A DNA stretch of 64,000 nucleotides from positions 36,458,001-36,522,000 of the forward strand of contig NC_045697.1 in NCBI RefSeq assembly GCF_009834535.1, in the 5' to 3' direction. The stretch is from Camelus ferus (Eukaryota). Of this stretch, positions 15,262 to 27,107 are shown one piece after another (positions within the stretch are counted from its first letter, which is position 1; the number at the start of each line of letters is the position of its first letter). Below the pieces are notes generated by a model. That model did not search any database. It was not told where the DNA came from and saw only the letters and a list, made by a program, of their open reading frames with translations. The position numbers and the translations under genes were made by a program.

Positions 15262-15708
15262 ATTTTTACATTTTTTTATTGAGTTATAGTCATTTTACAA
15301 TGTTGTGTCAAATTCCAGTGTAGAGAGCACAATTTTTCAGTTATACATGAACATACATAATTCATTGTCACATTTTTTTTCGCTATGAGCTACCACAAGA
15401 TCTTGTATATATTTCCCTGTGCTATACAGTATAATCTTGTTTATCTATTCTGCATATGCCTGTCAGTATCTACAAATTTTGAAATCCCAGTCTGTCCCTT
15501 CTCATCCCCACTCCCCTTGGCAACCACAAGTTTGTATTCTATGTCTATGAGTCTGTTTCTGGTTTTTTTTTTTAAGGTTCCATATATGAGCGATCTCATA
15601 TGGTATTGTTCTTTCTCTTTCTGGCTTACTTCACTTAGAATGACATTCTCCAGGGACATCCATGTTGCTGCAAATGGCGTTATGTTGTCGTTTTTTATGG
15701 CTGAATAG
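15262..15708 (-). mobile_element. Young 5'-truncated L1 3' end
   Basis: ORF2 C-terminal peptide SLENVILSEVSQKEK in ORF 15441..15659, 3'UTR and T-tail; TSD-like TAACTTT(T)AATTT at about 15250 and 15709. Confidence 0.9.
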
Positions 15709-16974
15709 TAACTTTTAATTTTTACTTCTAATTTCAGTGATGTGGTGATCAGAGAACATGGTGTTTGTTATACTTATCCTTCAAAAGTACACAGTATATT
15801 TTTTATAAATGTTTCATATGGGTGAGAAGAATGAGTCTTCTTTACTTGGCCTGGGCAGTATTCCATGTTATGTCCATTAAATCAACCTTGTTAGCAGTGT
15901 TTTGCTCAGTTCTCATATATCTATAATGATTTTTTTGTTTGCTTAAAGTGTTGGTAATTGAGAAAGTATATTAATCTCCCATGATCATAGTGAATTTTTC
16001 TATTTCTACCTGTATTGTTTCTATTAGTTTTTACTCTATAAAAAGTAATTCTATGTTGTTGGATACTGGAAGTTTAATTGTTCTGTTTCCTTGGTAAGTT
16101 GCATCCTCTGTCTTCATATATTCGTCCTTTCTTCCTCAGTTAATCCTTTATGTATGAGTCTGCTTTGTCATTATTATAACTACTCATGGAAATTGGGGGA
16201 TATTAGTATTTTCCTCTTTTTTCTCCTGTCCTTTTACTTTCAACTATTTTGTGGGTTTTTATGTCTGTTATATTCAGAATATAGGTAGAATGTTTTAAAG
16301 TACAAATCAACAATCTTTGTCACTTAACTGATTAATTTAGTCCCTTTTTCACTGTGATTTTCAACTTTCAGTGATTCAAACTTATGTCCCCTACTCATTC
16401 TTTCCAGTCTTTTTTGAGTTGACTGAGTTTTTTGGGTGATTTTAAAAATTGTTTTTCCCTGTATTATTTTAAAATAATACATTTCTATTTTTTTTTTTTA
16501 GTGGTTACTCTTGAAATGTATTATGCATATATCTGATAGAATTTTTTTGGTGAACTCTGTTTATAAGCTTTGTTTAGTTTTTTATGAATGCTTTTGTCTT
16601 ATTCTTAAAATATAATTTTGAGTACAGATTTTTAGTTTGATTGTTACTTTCTCTCAGCACTTTGAAGATGGCCTGATGTATTCTAGTTTACATTTTTGAT
16701 ATTGAGAAGTTTTTGACGTATCTAATTCTGTTTGCTGTTCACCTTGCAAAATGAAGAGTCTTTGTTAGATCTTTAAGGTTTATTTTTGGTTATTTCCCTA
16801 AATTGTGGGTATTTACCAAATGTTATTTCTCTTTTCTATTTATAAAATAATTTTCTTTTTAATCTAATAAAGCACTTTTGTGGGATTTTTGTCTTATTTT
16901 TCAGTAACTTTTCGTTGTCTGTTTTGTTTTTTAAGTATTATAACTTGTTTTTAATTATTTTTTTTTCTCTGTAG

Positions 16975-17188
16975 TTGCCTTTCCCCACCTTCCTGGTTCT
17001 GCTCCCTCATGGCCTAGTCTTGTGGACACCAGTAAGCAATGGGACTATTATGCAAGAAGAGAGAAAGACAGAGACAGAGATAGAGATAGAGACCGAGAGC
17101 GAGATCGTGACCGGGACAGAGAAAGAGAACGCACCAGAGAAAGAGAGAGGGAGCGTGATCACAGCCCCACGCCAAGTGTTTTCAACAG
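16975..17188 (+). CDS. FIP1L1: FIP1L1 exon (214 nt), [35 protein letters not shown]...HSPTPSVFN, Arg-Glu/Asp dipeptide repeat
   Basis: ctctgtag| ... AACAG|gtttgt; RE/RD repeat seen in ORF 17022..17339. Confidence 0.97.
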
Positions 17189-17365
17189 GTTTGTTCAGTG
17201 CAGGAGTTTGTACGCGTGTATTTTTATATGCACTTTTGAATTTATATTTGGTGCAAGGATGGAAAATCCAATGCAATTGGGAAAGGGTTGCTTGAAGAGT
17301 AGTTGGGATAGCCATTTTAAAAGCATCAAGGCTATTTAATTTATAGAGGCTTCCCATTATCTAAA

Positions 17366-18180
17366 GCAACGGTCTTTAAATTTGTTCATTTTTCCCTTAT
17401 AAGAACTTCAAAAACGTCATATCCCTCACGTATTTTTATATTGCCATCTAAAATTTTTCACCTTAAGTTTAAACAGTTGCAATATAGATATAATTTCCAG
17501 TCTATTATAAATATCACAATTTTAAAATAAAATTATCATTACTCTTTTAAATATATCCAGTGGATTAAGAACACCATAGTGATTTGTTAAACTTCATTAT
17601 CCACTTTTTTAGAGTGTATAAACAAGCTCTCTTTAACAGTTGGAAATTTTACAATTTTTAAATTCTAATACAAAATATTTTCATTCTTAAAAAAGTTGTT
17701 TATTCATCCATCCTATCTTTCCTGCAACATCCCTATAAATTAAAATGTGCAAAAAAATTAATGACCATAAGATTAAAGTATTTAAATTTTTTTAATTTTA
17801 GTTATCAATATTTTTATATATAAAAATAATGCATATTCTGAAAATAATGGAACTACATTCCTTAATATTACGGGAGTGCTTCTACCCATCCACAATTAAT
17901 ATTTGTATCCATGAATGAATATTACTGTTAGGGAAAAACAGGTTCTGCCATTGATTTTTTTTTTTTTAAATATGCAGATGTAAGCATTGAAAAACCTTGT
18001 TCACATAAAATATGTAAATCAGAATTGATGGAATTTTGTTGTGGCTCTGTCACCAAATTATTTGAGCACTTTGAGATTTAGTGATGTCGAAATTACACAG
18101 TTACCCTGTCACCAAAAGTTATTTTTAAGGATCTATCAGCTCATGACTCAGTGTTCTTAAAAGCAGAGAATTGGAAACCA
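17366..18180. mobile_element. hAT-Charlie remnant (Charlie2-like)
   Basis: CATCTAAAATTTTTCACCTTAAGTTTAAACAGTTGCAA resembles recalled Charlie2 consensus; right boundary uncertain. Confidence 0.55.
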
Positions 18181-18196
18181 CTTGATTGCTACTCAG

Positions 18197-18658
18197 TGTA
18201 ATTGTTTTCTAGGACTGCTGAAACAAAAATACCACAAACTGGTAGCCTAGAACAACAGACATTTACTCTCTCACAGGTCTTGGGCGGTAGAGGTCTGATA
18301 TCAAGGTGGCAACAAGTTGAGTTCCTTTTTTGTAGGCTTTGAGAGAGAATGTGTTCCATGCCTCTCATGTAGCTTCTGGTGGTTGTTAGCAGTCCTTGGT
18401 GTCCCTTGGTTGGTAGATGCATCACTATAGTCTGTCTCTGCCTTCACACGGCATTCTCCTCTCTGTGTCTGTGTCCAAATTTCCCTGTTCTTATGAGGAT
18501 GTCAGTCATTGGATTAGGGCACAGCCAAATGCAGTTGACCTCATCTTGGCTTGATGATTACATCTGAAAGACCCTGTTTCCAAGTAAGGTTACATTCACA
18601 GGTATGTGGGTTAGGACTTGAACATATCCTTTTAGGGGGATACAGTTTAACCCAGTAA
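18197..18658 (-). mobile_element. MaLR solo LTR (MLT1B/C-like)
   Basis: AAAATACCACAAACTGGTAGCC ... CATTGGATTAGGGC ... GACCCTGTTTCCAAGTAAGGTTACATTCACAGG; about 460 bp. Confidence 0.85.
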
Positions 18659-21600
18659 TTAAAGTCTTTAGTTTTCTCAGTTTCTTGGAAGGATACCAGA
18701 AGAGCTTTGCTGAGACTATCAAAAAACGACCGATTACGCTTAATACTCTTTCGAGTTACCCTGTTCAACTTAATATGCTCAGAAAGGATTAGGGAAATTG
18801 AAATATTGTTAATTTTAATACATCTTTGCCAAAATGTCTTTAAAAAATGAAACACCTTTATTTGTGTTTGGTATTTATTTTCATGCAGCCTTGGAGCTGC
18901 AGTTTTCCCCAATTCCATTTATGGAAAATAACTACCAAAAAACTTAAATTAGTAAAAGACAGCTTATATTGTCAAGCCAGCCGGCCACATCACACCCAAT
19001 TTCTATGGGGAAAAAGTCTGACTTCATTTTTCAGTTCAGTTAGTGAGTTAATCCATATTCCCTGTCTAAGATAAACAAAATAGTCACAGAGCTCAAATAA
19101 CATGCTGCCTCCTAGATACTCTGTTTTGCTTTCCTTCAGAAGGAGTTTTTGTTTTTGTTTTTGTTTTTAACTAGTTCAGGAAAAATTATGACTCCCACCA
19201 CACTATAGTATATCTGAAGTTAGAACACCCCAGAGCACAACCCAAAATACTCCATTTCTTACTTCATATTTTGTCTCTTACAGAAAGATGTGTAAGAAAG
19301 ACCTAAAGCCCTATAGATGCTTTTTGGTTCCTTGAATAAAATAGGTCTTATTGACACTGATATTTTAAATTGGATCTTTTTGATGCTATGGTGGTTTTTA
19401 CAGCCTGAGCTAATAATATACTATAGTAACATTGATGAAAAGAATGCCTTTCTTTTGTAAAAGGGCAGGAACATGGTGGAGAAGAGGTTCACTGGAAAAG
19501 TGGCATGATGTTTTACCTGTGTATCATTAGGCAGTTCAGATTTAGGAAAGAATAAATATGGAAGCTGAGGATCTGGAAATTGATTCCCTAGAACTTTCTG
19601 TACCATTGGAAAGAATTTATGTACTGTTGGCCTAAAGAATAAATTCAAAATTCTTTTGTGATTGACAGGTCCAGTACACCTTCCTATATTTTAACCCCAG
19701 TTCTCAACCAAGCCAATATACTGCATGTTCTAGCTTCACTGAACTAGTTGCTCTTCTGAAAAATCCCTCATAGTTTAACGTTTCCTTTCTTCATGTTACT
19801 CCTCTCCTCTCTGTCTCACGAACTTTTATTCATTCTTCAGGGTCCAGCTCACGTTTGTCTTCTGTGAGATTCTTTAAAGCATGTCTTTCTTAGTAAGCCT
19901 GTTTCATTGACTACCGTTTTTCATTTCTGTATCCTCAGTACTTTGTACAGTAATGCCTGGCACATAACGAATGTGTCAATGAATAAAATGACTTACACGT
20001 ATCAGGGGAGGAGGACAAATACAACAGAGAAGAAACAGTCTTGAAAACTGTTGGTGAAACTGTGTTAGCTAGTTTAAAAGGGATAAAAAACAACTTTTAT
20101 CTCTATCAAAGCATTAATTTCAGTGTCTTTCTAATTAACATATTAGTCTAGGTACCCTCACAATGTAGAATGAAATAAGTTAACTTCCTTTTGATACCAG
20201 CTATTTTTATGGTTGAGGTAAATATAAGGTATACAGACAGTTTTTTGATTTGCTGGATGAGATGAAGCAATGTATCAGTTCAGGATATGAGTATATGCTT
20301 GATTCAGAAGCATTTGTTCTGTTAGATGTGATCATATAATTGTATACTTCCTAATCCAAAAGGCCCTTAGGGATTATCCAGTCTAAATTTCGACTTGTCA
20401 CGTGAGGGAGTGAAAGCATAGAGAAGTCAAGACAGCGGCACAGCAACACTGTCTACTGGAGACGCGGTTGCAGTTGAGGTGCTACTTGAAGTCCTTTCTT
20501 GTCCTGGAATTAGGTAGTTGAAACTTTCTGTTACTTTTCATTTTCCCTATTACTCTCTCTGCACTTGATTTCTTTTTCTGTTTTTTTCTTCTTTTGGAGG
20601 TGGTGCGGAATCAAATTCACGTAATTGTCCTTTTTTGAGTCCCTGTTATGTACTAGGCACAGAGCTGTGTGGTGAGGATACAGAATTATTCATACACTGT
20701 CCTTATAGATTTAACTATATAATATTATCAAGGTAATTAGAACTGGTTAGAAGTTTAAAACTTTACCTAAAAAACTTGCAAGAAGAAACTCAACAGGATG
20801 TATTAATCTCTTTCCTGCCTATAGCTCCTAATAATATGACCTATACATTGTAGGCAGCTGGCAAAATTTTTTTGACTAAATAAGTAAAGGTATGATACAT
20901 ACACGTTTCTGTGTGTATGTTTTGTGTTTGTATGGTGGGACAGGTGCTGCTAACTTTAGTCACATAAGTGCATGAATTCTGCCAAGTTCAAGGGTATTAC
21001 TTTCCAGAAAGTTGAATTGCTTCTAATGCAGTTAAAATGAATATATGTAAATAGTACTGCTATCTTAGAATGTACATGTTCACAAAGTAAGGAGCTTAAT
21101 GCAAAACTTGGTAGGAAAAACTAAAATGAACTGCTTTGCTAGAGCTTATAACGTTTTTGCATAAATAATACAGCATTTATAAAATTCTTTGAGTTCTTTG
21201 ATTTCAGACACACACGTACAAATGCTGTTTAATTTTTATTGAAGCTAAAAGTGTTAATGGCTAAGCCACATTTGATTTTCAGGTTGCTAGCTGTAGGGCA
21301 TCAGGAGTAATGCTCACCTACATCTCACTGAAAGTTCAAGGCCAGAGAGGACAGGAAAGGTAGAAGAAATTTGTATTGTTCTGAATTATCCCAGAAATAA
21401 AGTGTTCTCTGGAAAATCCAAATGAAGTATAAGTAAAGGCCATTTCTTCCCATAAGACTTATATTTTAGCAGTATGGCACGTAGTCTTATGTTGTGTTAC
21501 AAATTATAGGGTCATTGTTTTGAAAATTACAGACCAGTCTCAACATCTGTTTTTTAGGCCACTTAATTGTGGGCCAGAAAGAAGGGTGGTCATTCTAGGG

Positions 21601-23267
21601 TGTTTGAAATGAGCTCTAATGATTTCCAGGCCCAGAGGAACCTTTGTGCTGCAGCTGCTTATCAGAGAAGGACTCTATATTTTGCGTGACACCAAATCTT
21701 CCACCATCATGGAGTAAAGGGTCCCATCAGATGGCTGCTTTCCGACTCTCAAAGGCCTCAAAGCTAGCAGGGATTGGTGTTAGGGTGAGAGGGAAAAGAG
21801 AGGGTTACAAATGACAGATTATGACATAATTGACCTTATTATTTTTATGTAAATCCAGTTGGAATCATTACAAAGACAACCTCATTTTTAAATAGGCTAA
21901 TGTTAGTGCTAATGTTTGTCATGGTAGGTGCTAGTGTATTCTGCTCTGGAAACATTGTCAGTCAGTCACCTTCACAAAAAGGGTTCTGCTTATGAAAAAT
22001 TAAGCATTAATGAAAATGGCAAGCATGTATATTAGCGACCATTTATTGAGGTCTGCTCTTACTTCACTTTATAAGTGTTCTTGCCACTTATCCAGCAACC
22101 CTGAAGAAGATTGTCAGTTTTACAGGTGAGAAAACTTGAGTGTTTAGAGAAGGTAAGTAAATTACCTTGGGTCACACACTTAGTAGCAGAATCAGGACGT
22201 GCTCCTGGCCTGCCCTGCCCTTACTCTTCCCGCCTGTACCACACTGCCTGTCATGCGCACCGCCTTTGAGGTGACATGCTTCCCCCTTCCAGACACCAAG
22301 GACATGTGTGTGATTAGCAAAACATTGTGTTTGTGTACACATACAAGTGTTTATATATGTACATGTAGCATATGCATACAAGAATACATTTTTTAATAAC
22401 ACATTTTAAAAATGTGTCACGGGCAATAATAAGTTGGTCAGCAATATGACATGGCATCAGGTGTAGCACTAGTGAGTCATTACTCTTGCTGAGAAACCAA
22501 ACTTAGCCTGGTTTGTTTTTATATAGCTTATACTTTCACCTGATTCTGTCTCCTGTTAACTCAGATTCCGTAACATCTCGGGGCTTCATCTAAATTACTA
22601 ATTTAACCATTTGTATTAAACATACATTTCTAGAAACCAAAGCTTTTTAGCACACAGTGCTCTAAAAGATATTTTTATTCATTCTAAGAGAGTTCACTGA
22701 CATTAGGATGTAGAAAGTGTTGACTTCTATGCTGAACAAAAAAGAGACACTTGAAGGATTAAGAGAAAAATGGAGAGAAGAATGTCTGTTCATTTTCATG
22801 AAAGGACAATGGAGAGAGACAGGTCGTGGGAGGTAAAGATGCCTACCTTCTAACTCTAGCCATCAGTCCCAGTTTCTCCAGCCCATTCCCCCCAAAAATC
22901 AGAAAATGGAGGTGCAGCTTAATATGCATTTGAAGTTGTTCCCCACCAGCCACACATACATAGTCTTAAGTTACTGGGATGTCAAAATTCAAGTGTATCC
23001 ACAAGCAGTTTTCTCCCTGCATTTTGTGTGGATATTGTGGAAGTTGCTTTGATGTCCCTTTGTTCTTAATGTTTATACCTCTTCATTAGATGAATTACTA
23101 TTTAATGATTGAAGCATTTAAGAATCCTTTATCTACTTTCCATTTTGTAGCCATTGTGAGCCATATATTTTTAATGTATTTTTAGAATCTTAACCGTGTA
23201 CCTAAGATTTTACAAATATAAGAATTTTGGTTGGAAATCTGACATAAAAAAAGTACATTTTGACTGG

Positions 23268-23332
23268 GACATTGTGCTGTACACCAGAAATTGACACATT
23301 ATAACTGAGTGTACAATAAAAGAATAATAAAC
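23268..23332 (+). mobile_element. Very short L1 3' tail, sense to FIP1L1
   Basis: ATTGTGCTGTACACCAGAAATTGACAC is shared with the L1 3'UTR at about 44065-44090, followed by an A-rich tail. Confidence 0.8.
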
Positions 23333-23712
23333 ATGCTTTTAATTCTAAGAAGGAAAAGAAAATGAAGCTGTTGATTAAAATTTAAATGAGTTACAGCTCC
23401 CAGTATTTGAAGAAAACAGCATTGTTACATTAAATTTCTACCCTATACCAACTGTGAAAGCACAGAACAAACTTGGTCCTTTGACAGTTAAATTATTATA
23501 TATTTTGTATTCTTGTATTAGATCTAGTCCTAATTTGGGAACAGCATTGTTTTCCTCTCAATTCAGCAGATACTTACTTTGCACCTATCCTGTATAAAAT
23601 GCTAACATTGGGGCTTCTTTTTTGGACTTGGATCTCTCATCTTTTATGGTTTAAAAACATTCAGAATCAACAGTCCAGTTGTCAAGAAAAATTGTTTCTG
23701 TTCGGCTTTCAG

Positions 23713-23850
23713 TGATGAAGAACGATACAGATACAGAGAGTATGCCGAAAGAGGCTATGAGCGCCACAGAGCAAGCCGGGAGAAAGAAGAACGACACAGG
23801 GAGAGACGGCACAGAGAGAAGGAGGAGACCAGACACAAGTCCTCTCGAAG
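23713..23850 (+). CDS. FIP1L1: FIP1L1 penultimate exon (138 nt), [45 protein letters not shown]
   Basis: tttcag| ... CGAAG|gtttgc; translated by hand (true frame is not in the ORF track). Confidence 0.96.
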
Positions 23851-24313
23851 GTTTGCTCTTTAATGAAATAGTGAATCACTTTGAAGCCAAGAGATAAACT
23901 GATTTGACCTTGGGAAGAAAAGAAACATTTCCAAATAACCACTAGAACGTATGTGTTACCAATTGGAAGATTAAGAATAATCTGTTGAAATAGTTGGTTC
24001 TTTAGAATTTTCAACAAAGATTTTGAAATCTAACAAGACTATGTTTAATACCCAGAAGCCAAAATTAGGGAGTGAAAAATATGAGACTTGGACTTACTGC
24101 ATTATCTTGTTGGGAAAGGGAGTTTGTCATATGAGTAAGTTTTTACAGTAAATATCATTAAACAAAGCAATGTTCAACTTAAGGAAAATTCAGGGCATTG
24201 TAGTCTCAAAAATTAAATTACAATGCCTATTGTTTGCCTAAAATCAATTCTAGAAAGTATTTCCTGTTCTGATTTGTAGTTAGTCTTTTAGGATAAAGTA
24301 CCTGGGCCTAGCG

Positions 24314-24359
24314 GCCCTCTCGGTGCAGTGGGCAGCACGTCAGCCTCGTGATCTAAAGG
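24314..24359 (+). pseudogene. 3'-truncated elongator tRNA-Met(CAT)-like retropseudogene fragment
   Basis: GCCCTCTCGGTGCAGTGGGCAGCACGTCAGCCTCGTGATCTAAAGG matches the first 46 nt of recalled mammalian tRNA-Met at 38/46 by hand; T-arm and 3' acceptor strand absent. Confidence 0.75.
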
Positions 24360-24592
24360 GTATGGGCCTTGGGGTCCTAGGAAGTATCTGTGGAGGTGAG
24401 CCAAAAACTCAAATATCGGCATAGAAGTCACATTAAAAATGATTACTCCTCAAAATGTGAGAAAAAGAAGAATGTTACTAGATTATTTAAAAACCAGTGT
24501 TAAACTGAGGATTTACCTAAAGTGGGTTGATACCTGTCACTACTTACATTCTTTGTAAAAATGTTTAAGTACATATTTTCTTTTTTCTTTAG

Positions 24593-24740
24593 TAATAGTA
24601 GGCGTCGCCATGAAAGTGAAGAAGGAGACAGTCATAGGAGGCACAAGCACAAAAAATCTAAAAGAAGCAAAGAAGGAAAAGAAGCTGGCAGCGAGCCTGC
24701 CCCCGAGCAGGAGAGCACCGAGGCTGCCCCTGCGGAATAG
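24593..24740 (+). CDS. FIP1L1: FIP1L1 last coding exon, [48 protein letters not shown]
   Basis: Long pyrimidine tract then ag at 24591-24592; TAG at 24738-24740; matches recalled FIP1 C-terminus. Confidence 0.97.
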
Positions 24741-24872
24741 GCATGCTCGTGCCTTGTGTACAGCAGTGCCGGAAGTAGATACTCTAGATCTTGTTATTTT
24801 TCTGAATAATGTTGAAGAAATTTGCCTTTAATCTTGTTCTGTTAGTATGAAAAGTTCACTTTTTTCTTCCAA

Positions 24873-24942
24873 AATAAAAGAGCAAATTTTTCATGTTAAC
24901 TTAAAAAAAAAAAACTTTGTCTTGTAATATTTAAAAAATAAA
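24873..24942 (+). terminator. FIP1L1: Candidate proximal FIP1L1 poly(A) signals: AATAAA at 24873-24878 and 24937-24942
   Basis: Canonical hexamers 130-200 nt after the stop, with upstream TGTA motifs; further AATAAA at 25530, 25536 and 25994. Confidence 0.65.
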
Positions 24943-25757
24943 AAGACAGTAATGACTTTATATCCAAGAAAGTAATGTGAATGAGTCACTCAGCAGGGAA
25001 TTTCAAAGAGCTACGTTTAGCTATGTACATACACACTATCTGATTAAGGTCAAGGTTCCACTGCCTTGGCCAGTTTTGAGTTAATCACATACCAATTTCT
25101 TAAGAGGTTGCACTGCAAAATGCATCCAAAGGCACCTCTGAGTCTTGAGATTAAAACTAGTCTTATCACTGCTGTGGCACTGTCACTTAGCATATTAGAG
25201 AACTCACAGAACAGTTTTTATAACTTTTTGATAGCAGGTTTTTCAGTGTTCTAAATTTGGGTTCATGGTAAAACTAAATGGGGGGAACTTTTCTATCCAA
25301 AGTAATAAAATGTTACGGCATTTGGGTGGCCTCTGGAATAACTTGCCCTAAGTGTAGTTTCTGTCAGGCACGTGGACAGATACTCGTCACTGTGACACAA
25401 ATCAGAATTGCCTCAAGGCCATATCATGTGAGCCAAGGTCAAGCTGGTTTGGCCTTTCTTGATGCTTTTTCCAAGGCTCATTGGTTGAGCAGCACATGGA
25501 GTTTTTATACAGTTACTAGCTATATTGTGAATAAAAATAAATGACAGCCTGTAGATTAGTCATTTCCTATTAAATCTAAGAAAATACAAGTTTATAATTC
25601 TGTGAGCATTTTTAGGGGTGACCCTTAGGAGGTATTTGCCAGTGATGGTAACAACATGGTTTTAAAAGAATGTATTACTAGGAACTTTTAAATAGTCATA
25701 AAAGAAATGAACTTAGTATCATGTACTAGAAGACACCTATATAAGTTTTGAAAAATA

Positions 25758-25763
25758 TTTATT
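25758..25763 (-). terminator. LNX1: Candidate LNX1 poly(A) signal (AATAAA on minus strand)
   Basis: Plus-strand TTTATT about 430 nt past the LNX1 stop; actual usage unknown. Confidence 0.4.
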
Positions 25764-26194
25764 TCTCATTTGATGAACATTTTTCAACAATGCACTTTCA
25801 AAATCCTCTGTCTGGAAATTGTTTTTAAAATGCCCAGAATGTACCTTTGCAGACCTCAGCATATACCAAATTTTTAAGTGTATGATTTGAATTCATTGGG
25901 GGCAAACAGACCATTTCAGCTATTTAAGAGCTTTTTATGACTAGAAATATATAAACTTAAAAGCTGTAGAGTAATGAAAAATTCTCTACACTGAATAAAA
26001 ACTATTAGTAATATGTTTATGTTTCGAGAATTAATTATACTTTGTGAGGTGTGGCTTTCATTCGATTATACTTTTCCTGACATTAACGTTTACATTTTTA
26101 CAGTGTAGCCTTCAAATACAAAAATTGACAAGATAAATGTTGTTTCAACTTAGCTTATTTGTGATTTCCTTTTTCCTGTGACCCATCACTGAGT

Positions 26195-26330
26195 TTATAA
26201 AAAAGTGCCAGGCCAAGAAACAATAGTGAGAGTAATTTTTCCTTTAAGTTCTTTCAGCATCCTTGCCAAGCAAGCATGTATCATTCCTGATGTACTTCTA
26301 CCATTGACAGCAAGAAGAATATCACCACAT
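26195..26330 (-). CDS. LNX1: LNX1 last coding exon, [44 protein letters not shown]
   Basis: tttatttttag| ... TTTTTA TAA (stop is plus-strand tta at 26195-26197); matches recalled LNX1 C-terminus. Confidence 0.96.
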
Positions 26331-26948
26331 CTAAAAATAAATAAATGAAACAAGGTATATGATTAACATTTTGAGCCATAGCTGAAGTTAATGCATCTTT
26401 TTTTTTGGTCGTCCTAGTTTTTGCTACATCAACTTTTATTAGTTCTAATTAAGGTTCTCCTCACCCCCCTCACTTTAATTCTTCAAATTCTATCTATTCA
26501 GCCTGTTTTAGAAAGAATACTAAAAGTATAGGAAGTTGCTGTATGGGGCAAGAGTAACTCATCATTTTGGATTTCTCAGAAATTGAATGCTACATAAGTG
26601 TTTAATTTCTTGCCAGTAAAAAAGGTATGATAAACAAATGCCTTATTTCAAATGGGTTCAAGCTTTTGCACGTATGCAACACAATCTGTACGTGGTGAAG
26701 TATTTAGGGGTGACATCTTAACGTGTTCAATGTACATTCAAGCAATTCTGCAATATGTATAAATATCAATATATATTTAGAGAGACAGAAAGCAAAAGTG
26801 GTAAGCTATTTACCATTAGTGACTCTAGATAAAATCTGGGGATTATGCTTTTTCAACTTTTCTGGAGGTTTGAACATTTCTAAATTAAAAATTAGCAGAA
26901 AAAAAGTCTTTGAATATCAGTTTTTCATTAAGTAGTCATTATTATTAC

Positions 26949-27107
26949 CTAATTCTTCCATCATTGTATGCTGGTGTTCCTTCAACAATGGATTTGATAA
27001 AAAAAGGTTTGTTCCCATTGTATTCTTCGTAACCTCCTACAATGCAGAAGCCCAGACTTCCAGCTGTGTTTCTTCGCAATACAACATCTTTACAGTTATA
27101 CAGGTAC
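26949..27107 (-). CDS. LNX1: LNX1 exon (159 nt), [56 protein letters not shown]4
   Basis: tgtttcag| ... ATTAG|gtaata; translated by hand. Confidence 0.96.

Noticed and set aside
16975..17357. Alternative-frame and antisense ORFs (ETETEIE / SVSISIS peptides) over the RE/RD exon
   Set aside because: Shadow frames of a purine-rich dipeptide repeat; same reason for ORFs at 23651-24017 and 24610-24831
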